Shown here in pieces: positions 19,954 through 30,653 of a DNA stretch of 64,000 bases. Every line of letters starts with the position of its first letter. Within the stretch, counting starts at the first letter, position 1. The stretch is from assembly GCA_965219415.1 (NCBI GenBank), contig CBDCNP010000002.1, positions 4,992,001 to 5,056,000 on the forward strand, read 5' to 3'. The DNA is from Candidatus Marinacidobacterales bacterium. GTDB taxonomy: Bacteria; Acidobacteriota; Vicinamibacteria; Marinacidobacterales; DATDRI01. A program made the position numbers and the translations under genes. The notes under the pieces were generated by a model that searched no databases, was not told the origin of the DNA, and worked only from the letters and a program-made list of their open reading frames with translations.

Positions 19954-20871
19954 ATGCTGTTCCTCGCGCGATTCGCGCTTTTTGTCCTGGCCTCCTGGCT
20001 CATCGCCTGGACCTCCCCACCACCTTCGTCGGGAACCGCTTCGCATCGGTCTCTTGCGTGGGCTTATCAGCAAACCCTTGCCCTGCGCATCGTGTCGACG
20101 ACACCGAACTTCACGGAAATCCTGTTCGAGATTGGTGGCGGCGGCGAGGTGGTCGCGGTGTCCGACTACTGTCTCTATCCAAAAGAGGCGCGAGCAAAAC
20201 CGCGCATCGGCGGTCCTTTCAATCTGAGCTACGAACGGATTGTGGCCCTTCAGGCGGACCTCGTGGTGTTGCCATCGAGTCTTGAAACGGTGGCGGGAAA
20301 GCTTAGGACGCTGGGACTCACCGTGCTACGGCTTCCTAACGAGACGGTCGCCGACGTTCTGGAGTCGGTTACGCGGCTTGGCGAAGTAAGCGGAAGAAGC
20401 GCCCAGGCGGCCGTACTAGCGGCGGGGATACGAGCCGATCTCCAGGGGATCGAACAGAAAACTCGCGGTCTCCCGAGGGCAAGAGTCCTTATCGTGGTGC
20501 TTCGAGCCGCGGGGGGCCTCCAAGATCTCACCGCCGCCAGCACGGACACCTTCCTCAACGAACTGCTCGTCCTCGCTGGAGGGGAGAACGTGATTACCGG
20601 TACGATTTCCCGCTATCCGCGCATCTCCAAAGAAGAGATCGTTTCTCTCGACCCGGAAGTGATCCTGGATCTCACGTTTAGCGCCGAGGGCGAGGACACT
20701 CTCGGGATCTGGGCCCAACTGCCCACGCTCGACGCCGTGCGCACGGGTCGGGTCGTGGCCATACCCGATCCTGTTGCCACCATACCAGGTCCACGCATGG
20801 TCGAAACGCTCCGCCGCTTCGTCGAGGTTCTTCACCCGGAGGCCGTACCACCGCGTGGGGTGTCTCAGTGA
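19954..20871 (+). CDS. ABC transporter substrate-binding protein (BtuF/helical-backbone metal receptor)
   Basis: RIVSTTPNFTEILFEIG, VAVSDYCLYP, ERIVALQAD, PGPR. Confidence 0.9.
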   Translation: MLFLARFALFVLASWLIAWTSPPPSSGTASHRSLAWAYQQTLALRIVSTTPNFTEILFEIGGGGEVVAVSDYCLYPKEARAKPRIGGPFNLSYERIVALQADLVVLPSSLETVAGKLRTLGLTVLRLPNETVADVLESVTRLGEVSGRSAQAAVLAAGIRADLQGIEQKTRGLPRARVLIVVLRAAGGLQDLTAASTDTFLNELLVLAGGENVITGTISRYPRISKEEIVSLDPEVILDLTFSAEGEDTLGIWAQLPTLDAVRTGRVVAIPDPVATIPGPRMVETLRRFVEVLHPEAVPPRGVSQ

Positions 20872-20899
20872 ACGAGATAGATACTTGGTTTGAGTTAGC

Positions 20900-21700
20900 G
20901 TGAGCCGAGCACTCATGATCCGTGCGTCCGAGCTTGGCTTTTCCTACAACGGTGGGCGAGATGTCATCTCGGAACTGGACGTCGAGCTTCGGGACGGCGA
21001 TCTCCTGGCAATCCTGGGTCCCAACGGGTCTGGCAAGTCGACTCTTCTCAAACTTCTTGCCGGTCTTCTCAATCCTAAGCATGGCGAGATCGCGTTGGAG
21101 GGTCGACCTCTCGATTCCTACTCTCGCCAAGAGTTGGCCAGGGTGGTGAGCTACGTTCCGCAGCAGACCACAGTGGGCTTGCCTTTTACGGTGGGCGAGA
21201 TCGTGCTTATGGGACGACATCCTCATCAAAGTGCGTTTCGCCTCGAGACCAAGGAGGACCTTGCAGTGGTGACTCGGGCCCTCGAGCTCACCGAGACTTC
21301 TGAGTTCGGATCGCGGCCATTTCACAGCCTTTCGGGAGGCGAAAAACAGCGAGTCCTGATCGCGCGGGCGATTGCTCAAGACTCAAGGCTACTGTTATTG
21401 GATGAGCCCACCGCGGCGCTCGATCTCAAACACGAGGTGCGCATGTGGGAGATACTGGAGCGCCTGGTTGTCGAGCAGTCGAAGACCGTGGTTAGTGTAA
21501 CGCACCATATCAACCTGGCTGCGCTCTACTGTCCCAGGATGCTTATCCTCAAAGAAGGTCGTGCGGTGGCAAGTGGAGCGCCCCGGGAACTACTCGATCG
21601 GGAGCTGATGGAGTCGGTGTACGAAACCCCGTTGCGGGTCGAAGCGGGGTCGGCCTCTGCGGTTCCTTTCATCCTCCCCGAGAGACGCCGTGGTGGGTAA
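20900..21700 (+). CDS. Cobalamin/iron-complex ABC ATP-binding protein
   Basis: GPNGSGKST, LSGGEKQRV, LLLDEPT. Confidence 0.93.
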   Translation: MSRALMIRASELGFSYNGGRDVISELDVELRDGDLLAILGPNGSGKSTLLKLLAGLLNPKHGEIALEGRPLDSYSRQELARVVSYVPQQTTVGLPFTVGEIVLMGRHPHQSAFRLETKEDLAVVTRALELTETSEFGSRPFHSLSGGEKQRVLIARAIAQDSRLLLLDEPTAALDLKHEVRMWEILERLVVEQSKTVVSVTHHINLAALYCPRMLILKEGRAVASGAPRELLDRELMESVYETPLRVEAGSASAVPFILPERRRGG

Positions 21701-22754
21701 AAGCGGGGCCGAGCTCAAGGCGCTTACCGCCAAACGATTCGCCACCACGGTCGGGGCATCGGCGGTCCTCCTGCTGCTCGCACTCGTTGGGGCCCCACTC
21801 ATTGGGTCGACCCAGATCGATCTTTCTCGAGCTTTCGATTTTTCGATTCCGGCCAATCTCAATCCAGACGCTAGCATCTTGTTTTCGGTGCGGCTCCCCA
21901 GGACGCTACTGGCGGCCTTGGTGGGAGCGGCGCTCTCCGCCTCGGGGCTCACCTTTCAGTCTTTGCTTCGAAATCCGTTGGCTTCACCGTTCACCCTTGG
22001 GATCTCGGGCGGTGCGGCGGTGGCGACCGCGCTCGCTATCCGCCTCGGTTTGGACGGCGCGGTGGGTCCTCTCTCCTCCCAAACGATAGCGGCGCTTCTG
22101 GGATCGGCGACATCCGCCACGTTGGTTTATCTGTTGGCGAAAACCCGCGGCTACCTAGCTCCGAGCACGATGCTCCTCGCCGGGGTGACACTTCATTTTT
22201 TCTTTTCTTCACTCATCCTCTTGATTCAGTACACCGCGGACTTCACCCAGTCTTATCAGATGGTTCGATGGGTCATGGGAGGGCTGGATTTGATCGAGCT
22301 TCGCAGGCTAGCGGTCGTGGCCCCGCTGGTGATAGCCGGCTTGGTCGTTCTCATCGTCTTGTCGCGACAACTAAACGTGATGGCCTTGGGAGATGAGACC
22401 GCGCGGAGCTTGGGGGTTCCCGTGGACCAGTCCCGTAGACTGGCGTTTGCCGCCGCTTCGGTGGCGACCGGCTCGGCGATTTCTTTGTCCGGACCCATAC
22501 TTTTCGTCGGACTCATGGTCCCTCACTTGCTACGGATGGTCCTGGGACCAGATCACCGCGTGCTGATGCCGAGCGCGGTGTTTGCCGGCGGCGCGATCGT
22601 GGTAGCCTGTGACACGGTAGCGCGCACGATCTTGGCACCCACCGAGATTCCGGTGGGTGTGGTGACCGCCCTGACGGGAGGTCCTTTCTTTCTTTGGATT
22701 CTGCTGCGTCACAAGTTACGCGGCATCTATCCTGAGGAGTCCCTGTCGGTTTGA
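21690..22754 (+). CDS. FecCD/BtuC-family ABC permease
   Basis: RLPR, Q...RNPLASPFTLGISGGA, GPILFVGLMVPH, IPVGVVTALTGGPFF. Confidence 0.93.
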   Translation: MVGKSGAELKALTAKRFATTVGASAVLLLLALVGAPLIGSTQIDLSRAFDFSIPANLNPDASILFSVRLPRTLLAALVGAALSASGLTFQSLLRNPLASPFTLGISGGAAVATALAIRLGLDGAVGPLSSQTIAALLGSATSATLVYLLAKTRGYLAPSTMLLAGVTLHFFFSSLILLIQYTADFTQSYQMVRWVMGGLDLIELRRLAVVAPLVIAGLVVLIVLSRQLNVMALGDETARSLGVPVDQSRRLAFAAASVATGSAISLSGPILFVGLMVPHLLRMVLGPDHRVLMPSAVFAGGAIVVACDTVARTILAPTEIPVGVVTALTGGPFFLWILLRHKLRGIYPEESLSV

Positions 22755-22794
22755 CGACGATAGTGGGACTTGTTAGGATCCGCCATCCCCTACC

Positions 22795-23685
22795 ATGAGC
22801 TGGTTCAAAAAAGAAAAAACGCCCCTGGCGCCGGCCGAAAAAAAGAGCCGGATGCCGGAGGGATTATGGAGCAAGTGCAAGGGATGCTCGGAAATCCTTT
22901 ACAAGAAGGAGATTGTCCGCAACTCCAATGTGTGCCCCAAGTGCGACTACCACTTCGGCCTATCGGCTACGGAACGGCTGACCATGCTCTTGGACGGGGG
23001 ATCCTACGAAGAGTTTGATTCCGGAATACGCTCCACCAACCCCCTTCGTTTCAAAGACACCAAGCGCTACCAAGATCGCCTGAAGGCTGGGAGAGAACGG
23101 ACCGGACTCGATGATGCGATCATGACGGTCAAAGGTACCATCAACGGCATACCCGTTATCGTAGCGGCGATGGAGTATGGCTTCATCGGCGGAAGCATGG
23201 GCGTCGTGGTCGGAGAGAAGATCACGAGAGCAATCGAGAGGGCTCTCGAGGAGCGCACCGCAGTCATCATCATTTCTCGTTCGGGAGGAGCGCGGATGCA
23301 GGAGGGTGCTCTTTCGTTGATGCAGATGGCCAAGATAAGCGCTGCCCTCGCCCGCCTCGACGAGGCGGGCATTCCCTACTTCTCAATACTTACTGACCCC
23401 ACCACCGGCGGTGTCACTGCCAGCTTCGCGATGCTCGGTGACTTGAACATCGCCGAGCCCAAGGCGCTCATCGGCTTTGCCGGCCCACGGGTCATCGAGC
23501 AGACTATCCGCCAACCGGTACCTCCTGGCTCTCAGCAGTCGGAGCACTTGATGGAGCGCGGAATGCTGGATCTCATCGTCGAGCGCAAACAGATGAAGGA
23601 GTCTCTGGGCAAGATTCTGCAGTTCTTCACCGATTCCGTTCCCGAGGGATCGGGTGACTCCGCATCGGAACCCTATCTTCCCTAG
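22795..23685 (+). CDS. accD: Acetyl-CoA carboxylase carboxyltransferase beta subunit
   Basis: GLWSKC..C...VCPKC Zn finger, GGSMG, SGGARMQEG, PTTGGVTASFA. Confidence 0.97.
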   Translation: MSWFKKEKTPLAPAEKKSRMPEGLWSKCKGCSEILYKKEIVRNSNVCPKCDYHFGLSATERLTMLLDGGSYEEFDSGIRSTNPLRFKDTKRYQDRLKAGRERTGLDDAIMTVKGTINGIPVIVAAMEYGFIGGSMGVVVGEKITRAIERALEERTAVIIISRSGGARMQEGALSLMQMAKISAALARLDEAGIPYFSILTDPTTGGVTASFAMLGDLNIAEPKALIGFAGPRVIEQTIRQPVPPGSQQSEHLMERGMLDLIVERKQMKESLGKILQFFTDSVPEGSGDSASEPYLP

Positions 23686-23718
23686 ACGATCTAAGCGGGC
23701 TAAACAGGCCCTCGAAAG

Positions 23719-25041
23719 ATGAACTACGCTGAGGCGTTAGCCTATCTAACCGGGCACGAGCGCCTGGGCATCAAATTCGGGTTGGAGAATATCGGCCGTC
23801 TCGTCGAGGCGCTGGGGCACCCAGAAAAATCCTGGCGCTCGATCTTGGTTGCTGGCACCAACGGCAAGGGATCGACCGTCGCACTCGTCGAATCCATTCT
23901 GCGTGGCGCCGGACATCGCGCGGCGCGGTATACCTCACCCCACCTGGTTCGTTTAGAGGAGCGGATGATGGCGGATGGCAAGCTGATCACCTCCGATGAG
24001 CTCGCTGATGTCGTCGAAGAGGTGAAGCAGGCGACCGTCCAATTGAGACAGGAGCAGAAGCTCCTCACCGAGCCAACCTTTTTCGAGCTGACGACAGCGT
24101 GCGCCTTCGAGTTCTTTCGTCGAAAGGAAGTCGAGATTGCAGTGCTGGAGGTAGGAATGGGAGGTCGTTGGGATGCTACCAACATAGTTCCTGCCGACAT
24201 CACCGCGGTGACCAACATCGGTTTCGATCACGAGCGCTTTCTAGGTACATCTCTTGCCGCTATCGCCGCCGAAAAAGCGGCAACCATCAAGCCAGGCCGG
24301 CCGGTGGTCACGACGGTGACGGAAGAAGAGCCGCTCGCCATTGTCCGTTCGGAGGCTGCCCGCCAAGGCGCTCCGTTGTTCGAAGTTCAAAGAGAAGTCA
24401 ATTGGCGAACAAAAGAGGCGGAAGGTGGACAATGGGTTCGATTGGAGACACCCAAGGCGGTCTATCCCGAAGTGTTCTTGCCGCTGGCGGGTGAGCACCA
24501 GGTCGTTAACCTTGCACTCGCGGTCAGGATCGCCGAGCTCGCCGGCCAGTCGGGGTTTGAGATTTCGAAGGAATCGGTAACGGTAGGAGTCCCTTCTACC
24601 GTTTGGGAAGGGCGCCTAGAGAGAATCGGAGACGCACCGCCTCTTCTCGTCGATGTCGCGCACAACCCTTTAGCCGCTGCCGCGTTGGCTCGTTATCTCG
24701 AAGAACATCCCCACTCCAATCGTGTACTCGTCTACGGTGTCATGAAGGACAAGAGATCCTCCGCAATGCTCGATGCCCTCCTGCCTCATGTGCAACACTT
24801 GATCGTGACCCGGCCTCCGAATCCGAGGGCCCAAGATCCCGAGAGCGTGGTAAGGGTTGCGGCGCGGCGCGGCGGCTCATGCGAAGCGATCGATTCTCCG
24901 GAACGAGCACTCGCGAGCGCGCGTCTGAAGGCGGGAAACAAAGGGGAGGTCATTGTGACCGGCTCGGTCTTTCTCGTCGGCGAAGCGAAACGCTTGCTGT
25001 TGCAAGCGGAATCATGGTCAAAAGAAATAATAGAGCCGTAG
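23719..25041 (+). CDS. folC: Folylpolyglutamate synthase/dihydrofolate synthase
   Basis: VAGTNGKGST, YTSPHL, TFFE, LEVGMGGRWDATN, DVAHNP, follows accD. Confidence 0.96.
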   Translation: MNYAEALAYLTGHERLGIKFGLENIGRLVEALGHPEKSWRSILVAGTNGKGSTVALVESILRGAGHRAARYTSPHLVRLEERMMADGKLITSDELADVVEEVKQATVQLRQEQKLLTEPTFFELTTACAFEFFRRKEVEIAVLEVGMGGRWDATNIVPADITAVTNIGFDHERFLGTSLAAIAAEKAATIKPGRPVVTTVTEEEPLAIVRSEAARQGAPLFEVQREVNWRTKEAEGGQWVRLETPKAVYPEVFLPLAGEHQVVNLALAVRIAELAGQSGFEISKESVTVGVPSTVWEGRLERIGDAPPLLVDVAHNPLAAAALARYLEEHPHSNRVLVYGVMKDKRSSAMLDALLPHVQHLIVTRPPNPRAQDPESVVRVAARRGGSCEAIDSPERALASARLKAGNKGEVIVTGSVFLVGEAKRLLLQAESWSKEIIEP

Positions 25042-27330
25042 GTCGAGGGCCGACTCGGTTACTTCACCGAGCGTTCTGCCCGTTACCGACAAGCGAAAGC
25101 CACCGAGTCTAAACTCGAGACCGCCAACCAAATCCCATTGGCTTTCCTCGAAGTCGGTCACGAAGCCTACGCCGGCCAGTAGCTTTGTCATGGCGCTAAT
25201 CGGATAGGACGCCAGCGCCGCGGTCGAAAAAAGTCCTTGTCCACCGATGGTCAGTACCGGATCGACTTGCAGCAACAAGTCCGGAATAAACTTCGATCCG
25301 TGCAGAACGAATACCTCCCGCCGAAAAAGATTCCCGGATCAAAACCCACGGTAGTTATTCCAAACATGACTCCTCTTTCGGGGAGGAGAAATTGTCGATG
25401 GCCCGTTCCTGGTCGGCAACAGTTGCGGGGGGAAGTACTAGTTTCTCGGAATCGCCGTTCGATTTCCCAAAGAACTTCTTGAATGGATGCACCTTAGTCT
25501 CGAACTGAAGTGACCCCGCTTTCGTGGACAGGTTAAGAGTTAGGGATCAAGCGTCGCGATAGTACCTCCTTTCGAATTGGATAGGCGAGCAATAGTCGAT
25601 GGCGGAGTGTCGTCGTCGCGGGTTGTACCAGCCTTCGATGAAATCGAAGGTCGCCATGCGCGCCTCAGCGTGGTAGCGAAACGACCGGCGCTCGATCAGC
25701 TCGCACTCGAGCGTCGCGAAGAAGCTCTCGCACATCGCATTGTCGTAACAGTCCCCGACCGAACCCATCGACGGTCGCACCCCGGCCTCCCGGCATCGCT
25801 GGCCGAACGCTAGTGACGTGTACTGCGTGCCCTGGTCCGAGTGATGGATGACGTCGCCGGGCTTGCGTTGGAACAGCGCCATGTCGAGGGCGCTCAAGAC
25901 GAGCGACGTCCGCAGGTGGGTAGCCATTGCCCATCCGACGATGCGTCGGCTGAAGGCGTCCAGCACGACGGCGAGGAACAAGAAGCCCGACCACGTGGGC
26001 ACGTAGGTGATATCGGCGACCCACAGGCGGTCGGGCCGGTCCACCTCGAAATTCCTGTCGACGAGATCGGGGGCGGGACGGGCGTCGTCACAGCGAATCG
26101 TAGTGTGCGCCCTCTTGCGCCGGTGAACACCTTGAATGCCAGCCTCGCGCATCAGCCGCGCTACACGCTTGCGTGAGACGTGGAGCTCGTGTGTCTCTCG
26201 TAGCTCGTGGAGAATCCTCGGCGCGCCGTACGTGCTCCGCGACGCGGTGTGAATCGCCCGGATCTTCTCAAGCAACTCCGCATCCGACACCGCGCGGGCC
26301 GACGGGGCACGCTCAAGCCACGCATAGTAGCCGCTGGCGGAGACGTCCAGCAGTCGGCACATCGTGGCAACCGGTAGTGAATCCTGGTTCGCCCTCACGA
26401 ATCGGAAGGCTTCGGTGGTACCGACTCGGTCTCCCGAGCGAACCAGGCCGCGGCTTTTGAGAGGATCTCCCGCTCCAACCGTAGTTGACGGTTCTCCCGT
26501 CGCAGGCGGCGGAGCTCCGCACGCTCCTCACTCGTCAGACCGTCCTGCCTGCGACCCTCGTCGAGATCCGCCTGGTTCACCCAGTTCCGGATCGTCTGGC
26601 CCGAGGGCTCAAACTCTCGCGCCAGCTCTTCGGGGCCGCGGCCAGCTCGCACCAGCTCTACCATTTGGCGCCGGAATTCGGCCGCGTATCTGTTTCCCTG
26701 CTTTGACATCGTGGACTACTGTCTCCCAAAGGATTAGGTGTCCACGAAAGCGGGTCAAGTCCAAACGCCTGTTTGTACTGCTCACTGGACCAATCAAAGT
26801 AGTCGAAGTGTCGGTAAAGCTCATCGACTGGAACTAGGTGATATGGAAACGAATTGGAAGGGCAACCGTGCCGCCCATTCGATTCGGCATGGCAGAACAA
26901 AACAGAGTCCCCGTTGTCTCGGCTGTCCATATAGGCAGGGTTGTACCGGCTCCACGTAAGCCCTCTGTCCCTGCCCCCCCAGAGGATCTTGTAACCGGAC
27001 TCACCGTCATCGCCGGGCGTGAATATCCGGTCGCGGTTCGCGTCGGTGCCGGCCGCATGAGAGCCCAGTTCTACCAGGAGATGCGCCCTGCCATCGTGCC
27101 CATTGAACCAGAACGGAAAGAGTCCCGGGCGGGCAGAGTAATCGTTCCAGACGTAGTAGAACCAGTACTCGAGCACGATGGTTTCGGAGGCCCGCGTGAC
27201 GCGTAGTACACCGTGGCTAGCCTCGCCTTTTCCTCAAGGTCTAGCGCAAGGTACTGCTTATCTGAGGCATTCGTGACGGCACCACGTGGCGATGGGTTAG
27301 GTAGGAAAATGACGAAGTGAAAACTCTGGC
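25018..27330 (-). pseudogene. Degenerate exported/outer-membrane protein gene interrupted by IS3
   Basis: Fragments on both sides of the IS (LEYWFYYVWNDY motif upstream, beta-strand-like C-terminus ending LRLYYFF). Several frameshifts. Confidence 0.5.
25506..26763 (-). mobile_element. IS3-family element (orfA 26395-26709, orfB 25547-26398)
   Basis: IRs TG...GACCC(C)GCTTTCGTGGACA, 3-bp target duplication AAC. OrfB has WVADITY, HHSDQGTQY, DNAMCESFF. Confidence 0.96.
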
Positions 27331-27360
27331 ATGCTCGTTGAGCGGACGCCAGAGCTTCGG

Positions 27361-28563
27361 CTACAGCTCCTTTCCATTCAGCTCAACCGAAATTCTGCTC
27401 GGATGTTCTCCGCGCATGGCCGCATGAAGAAAACAGGTCTGTTGTCCCATGCGCACGAGTCTCGGGCCGTCATCGTCTTCCGCGAATTGGGCATCGAGGA
27501 ACACCCGGGTATCCACGGGCTCAATGGTAGCACCTCGACTTCCGACTCGTGAATCTCCACTGAACTGAAACGCGCTCTTTTGAACGATGCGGTAAGAGTC
27601 GAGGGCTTGTTTCTTGATATGCGCGAAGCGGCCGAGTTGCGTCATGTAGCAAAAGCCAATCCCGGCGCTGAGGTACGCGAGAGGCGGCGGAGCGCTCGCC
27701 TTGCCTCCTTGAGTCTTCGTCTCGTCGGAGACAAAGCGGAAACTGCTGCCGATAGGCTTGTAGAGGTGAACGACGCTTTCCATCAGCATGTCCCCGAGCC
27801 AGTTCGCGTCGCCGTGGACATGGAGGGTCCGCTTCTGCTCGGCTTGAAGACTGCTGCCGGCACCTCCCTCGACTCCGGTGCGTTTCTCGGCCTTTTTCAC
27901 CCGCTTGATGATATCGGGAAGAAAACCCTCCGAACCAGGCACCACCCGGTCGAAGTGAGCAGCCGGATCCTGTTCGTTGGGAGAAGGCGACGCCACGAGG
28001 TCATCGATGGGATGCGGTCGGCCGTTCAGTGATAGCGAGAAGGTGTTCTGCATCAAGTTCCGCATTAGGCTCTGGGCTGGTGAGCTGGCCTCCGCCATCC
28101 GCGATAGCTCGGCGATCTCGGAAGGCGATGCCCTGGACTTCACATTGAGACGGAGCACCGCGGGCTTGGCACCGCCGGTGGCGTCCCCTCGCAAAAACGA
28201 GCCCTCCATCGAATAGAAATTGTCTTGGGCGAGCGACACCTCATCGAGCGCGACGCCCTGCGCACGTGCACCCTGGAGGAATTCGCTCAAGAAAGAGAAC
28301 TGCATTCCCGCGGTGAAGAACGCCAGAGGGAAAGGCGCCATGTCTTTCCCGTTGAGATAGTGACCTTCATCGGAGACGAGCCGCCAGGTGGTGCCATCGG
28401 ACTCGCAGGTCACCACCGCCTCTTTCTGCATGCCGTCGAGCGAGCGCACTTCGGTCCTCATGGGGACAGCGTTCTCCGAAAGGCGAGCCCCGCTCGCAAC
28501 AGGAACAGCTTTTCCCTCCGTCTTGAAAACCAGCGGCAGACCGCAACCCTCGATCGATGGCAT
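27361..28563 (-). CDS. Tandem OsmC-like domain protein
   Basis: Two repeats of the SDE...G...AP.PLA...AG motif. The second has IGFCYMTQ and QTCFLH. Confidence 0.75.
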   Translation of the reverse strand: MPSIEGCGLPLVFKTEGKAVPVASGARLSENAVPMRTEVRSLDGMQKEAVVTCESDGTTWRLVSDEGHYLNGKDMAPFPLAFFTAGMQFSFLSEFLQGARAQGVALDEVSLAQDNFYSMEGSFLRGDATGGAKPAVLRLNVKSRASPSEIAELSRMAEASSPAQSLMRNLMQNTFSLSLNGRPHPIDDLVASPSPNEQDPAAHFDRVVPGSEGFLPDIIKRVKKAEKRTGVEGGAGSSLQAEQKRTLHVHGDANWLGDMLMESVVHLYKPIGSSFRFVSDETKTQGGKASAPPPLAYLSAGIGFCYMTQLGRFAHIKKQALDSYRIVQKSAFQFSGDSRVGSRGATIEPVDTRVFLDAQFAEDDDGPRLVRMGQQTCFLHAAMRGEHPSRISVELNGKEL

Positions 28564-28749
28564 ATCCGCGCGCCCCTGTGACCCTGATCCGTGCCATTTA
28601 GTCCTTCAGGTGTTTGGATGTCAAATCGATCGGTCAATCACGACCGTGCTAAAATGGGCCTTAACTCACCCGAGGGGGGGCAAAGGAGCTGGCTCCAACC
28701 TCGTTTGCCGAAGAAATGTAGCCCTTACCGCACGGAGCACACGACCGGA

Positions 28750-30114
28750 ATGGCCTCCTCGAACTCGCGCGCCCCCGAGGGCTCTCTCGGAGGTCCTTCC
28801 CAGACTTCTGATTCCAATGAAAAGCAGACTGAAGTCGGAAGCTATTTCGTAGCGAACTACCCTCCCTTCTCCTTCTGGTCCCAAGAGCATCTTCCCGCTG
28901 TAGAAAGAGTGCTATCCGATGGTTCCAATCCAACGGTTCCTCTTGGGCTCTATCTGCATATTCCCTTTTGCCGGAAACGGTGTAAGTTCTGCTACTTCCG
29001 CGTCTACACCGAGAAGAATAGCCGTGATGTAGAAAACTACGCGGATGTTTTGACCGCCGAGCTGGCTCTCTACCGCCGATACGCCGCCTTCTCTCAACGG
29101 CCGCTCCGATTTGTATACTTCGGCGGTGGGACCCCTTCGTTTCTGAGCACTCGGCAGCTTATCTCCCTGGTGGAAAAGCTCCGCGGGTCCGTGAAGTGGG
29201 GCGACGCCGAAGAGGTCACCTTTGAATGCGAGCCGGGGACGTTGAACCGCGCTAAAGTCCAGGCTCTCAAGGAAATCGGCGTGACGCGCATGAGCCTCGG
29301 CGTCGAGAACTTCGACGATGCCATTTTGCGAGAGAACGGCCGCGCTCACGAGAGCAATGAGATCTATCGAGCCTACGAATGGATTGAGAAAGCAGGTTTC
29401 TCCGACGTCAATATCGACCTCATTGCGGGGATGGTTGGTGAGACGGAGGAGAACTGGCAGTCGTGTGTCCGCAAGACCATCGAACTTTCTCCCGACAGCG
29501 TGACCATCTACCAGATGGAGCTTCCGTACAATACCGTTTACTCCCAGGAGATCCGGGTCGAGGGGCAGCCGGTTGCGGTGGCCGGGTGGGAGCAGAAACG
29601 CGCTTGGGTTGGTGAGGCCTTCGCCGCGCTGGAGAGAGTCGGCTACCGGGTCTCGAGCGGATACACCGCTGCGAAGGGCCCCAAGCCCGCTAAGTTCGCC
29701 TACCGCGATAGCCTATGGCACGGCGCGGACATGGTGGGCATCGGTGTCTCATCCTTTTCCTACCTGGGAGGCGTTCATTATCAGAACATGGACCGCCTCG
29801 AGGATTACGTTGCGGCGGTGGGAGCGGGAAATTTGCCTCTTAAGAGAGCGTTACCGATCGGTGATACCGAACGGTTGATACGGGAGCTCATTCTGCAAAT
29901 GAAGCTGGGGAACCTAGACCTCGGTTACTTCCGAGAGAAGTTTCAACGGGACGTCAAGAAAGAGTTCCAGCCTACTTTTGACGATCTGAGACAAAAGGGC
30001 TACCTCGATTGGGAGGGGGACCGAGTCGTGCTCACCCGCGAGGCGCTTCTGAGGGTCGACGCGCTCCTTCCTGGTTTCTTCCTGCCCGAGCACCGGGACG
30101 CCCGCTACACTTGA
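28750..30114 (+). CDS. HemN-like radical SAM enzyme (coproporphyrinogen III oxidase family)
   Basis: YLHIPFCRKRCKFC, YFGGGTPS, RMSLGVE, NIDLIAG. Confidence 0.9.
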   Translation: MASSNSRAPEGSLGGPSQTSDSNEKQTEVGSYFVANYPPFSFWSQEHLPAVERVLSDGSNPTVPLGLYLHIPFCRKRCKFCYFRVYTEKNSRDVENYADVLTAELALYRRYAAFSQRPLRFVYFGGGTPSFLSTRQLISLVEKLRGSVKWGDAEEVTFECEPGTLNRAKVQALKEIGVTRMSLGVENFDDAILRENGRAHESNEIYRAYEWIEKAGFSDVNIDLIAGMVGETEENWQSCVRKTIELSPDSVTIYQMELPYNTVYSQEIRVEGQPVAVAGWEQKRAWVGEAFAALERVGYRVSSGYTAAKGPKPAKFAYRDSLWHGADMVGIGVSSFSYLGGVHYQNMDRLEDYVAAVGAGNLPLKRALPIGDTERLIRELILQMKLGNLDLGYFREKFQRDVKKEFQPTFDDLRQKGYLDWEGDRVVLTREALLRVDALLPGFFLPEHRDARYT

Positions 30115-30164
30115 ACCTCACGCTCACCTAGCAAGCTCTTTCGGTTAGGTGGTAGAGTAACTCG

Positions 30165-30641
30165 ATGTCAGAAAAGGTGTTGCTCCATCTGCGCGTCAAC
30201 CGCGAGTCGGTTGCGGTGGCGGCCCCCGTCCACAAGACGCTCCTCGAGGTCTTGCGAGAGGAGCTACGACTCACCGGCACGAAACACGGATGCGAGCTGG
30301 GCGAATGCGGAACGTGTACAGTGCTTGTCGATGGAGGGCCGGTCCTCTCCTGCTTGGCACTGCCGATAGAGCTCGAGGGCCGCGAGATCGTGACGGTGGA
30401 AGGAATGGTCGAGAAGGGCTCTCACCATCCCCTCCAAACCGCTTTCGCCGAAGTGGGTGCAGCCCAATGCGGTTACTGTACTCCCGGAATCCTCCTGGCG
30501 GCGAAGTCCCTCTTGGATCGCAACCCCAGCCCCACGCGTCCCGACATTCAAGAGGCACTGGCCGGTAACCTCTGCCGGTGCACGGGCTACATCCAGATCC
30601 TTCAGGCGGTAGAGCTCGCCGCCAGTCGGCTGAAAGAGTAA
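30165..30641 (+). CDS. hcrC: Xanthine-oxidase-family 2x[2Fe-2S] subunit (4-hydroxybenzoyl-CoA reductase gamma-like)
   Basis: GTKHGCELGECGTCTV, QCGYCTPG, GNLCRCTGY. Confidence 0.85.
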   Translation: MSEKVLLHLRVNRESVAVAAPVHKTLLEVLREELRLTGTKHGCELGECGTCTVLVDGGPVLSCLALPIELEGREIVTVEGMVEKGSHHPLQTAFAEVGAAQCGYCTPGILLAAKSLLDRNPSPTRPDIQEALAGNLCRCTGYIQILQAVELAASRLKE

Positions 30642-30653
30642 GGCCCCGGAAAC

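Noticed and set aside
27361-28563. Selenoprotein version of the OsmC-like gene
   Set aside because: No in-frame TGA at the cysteine positions.
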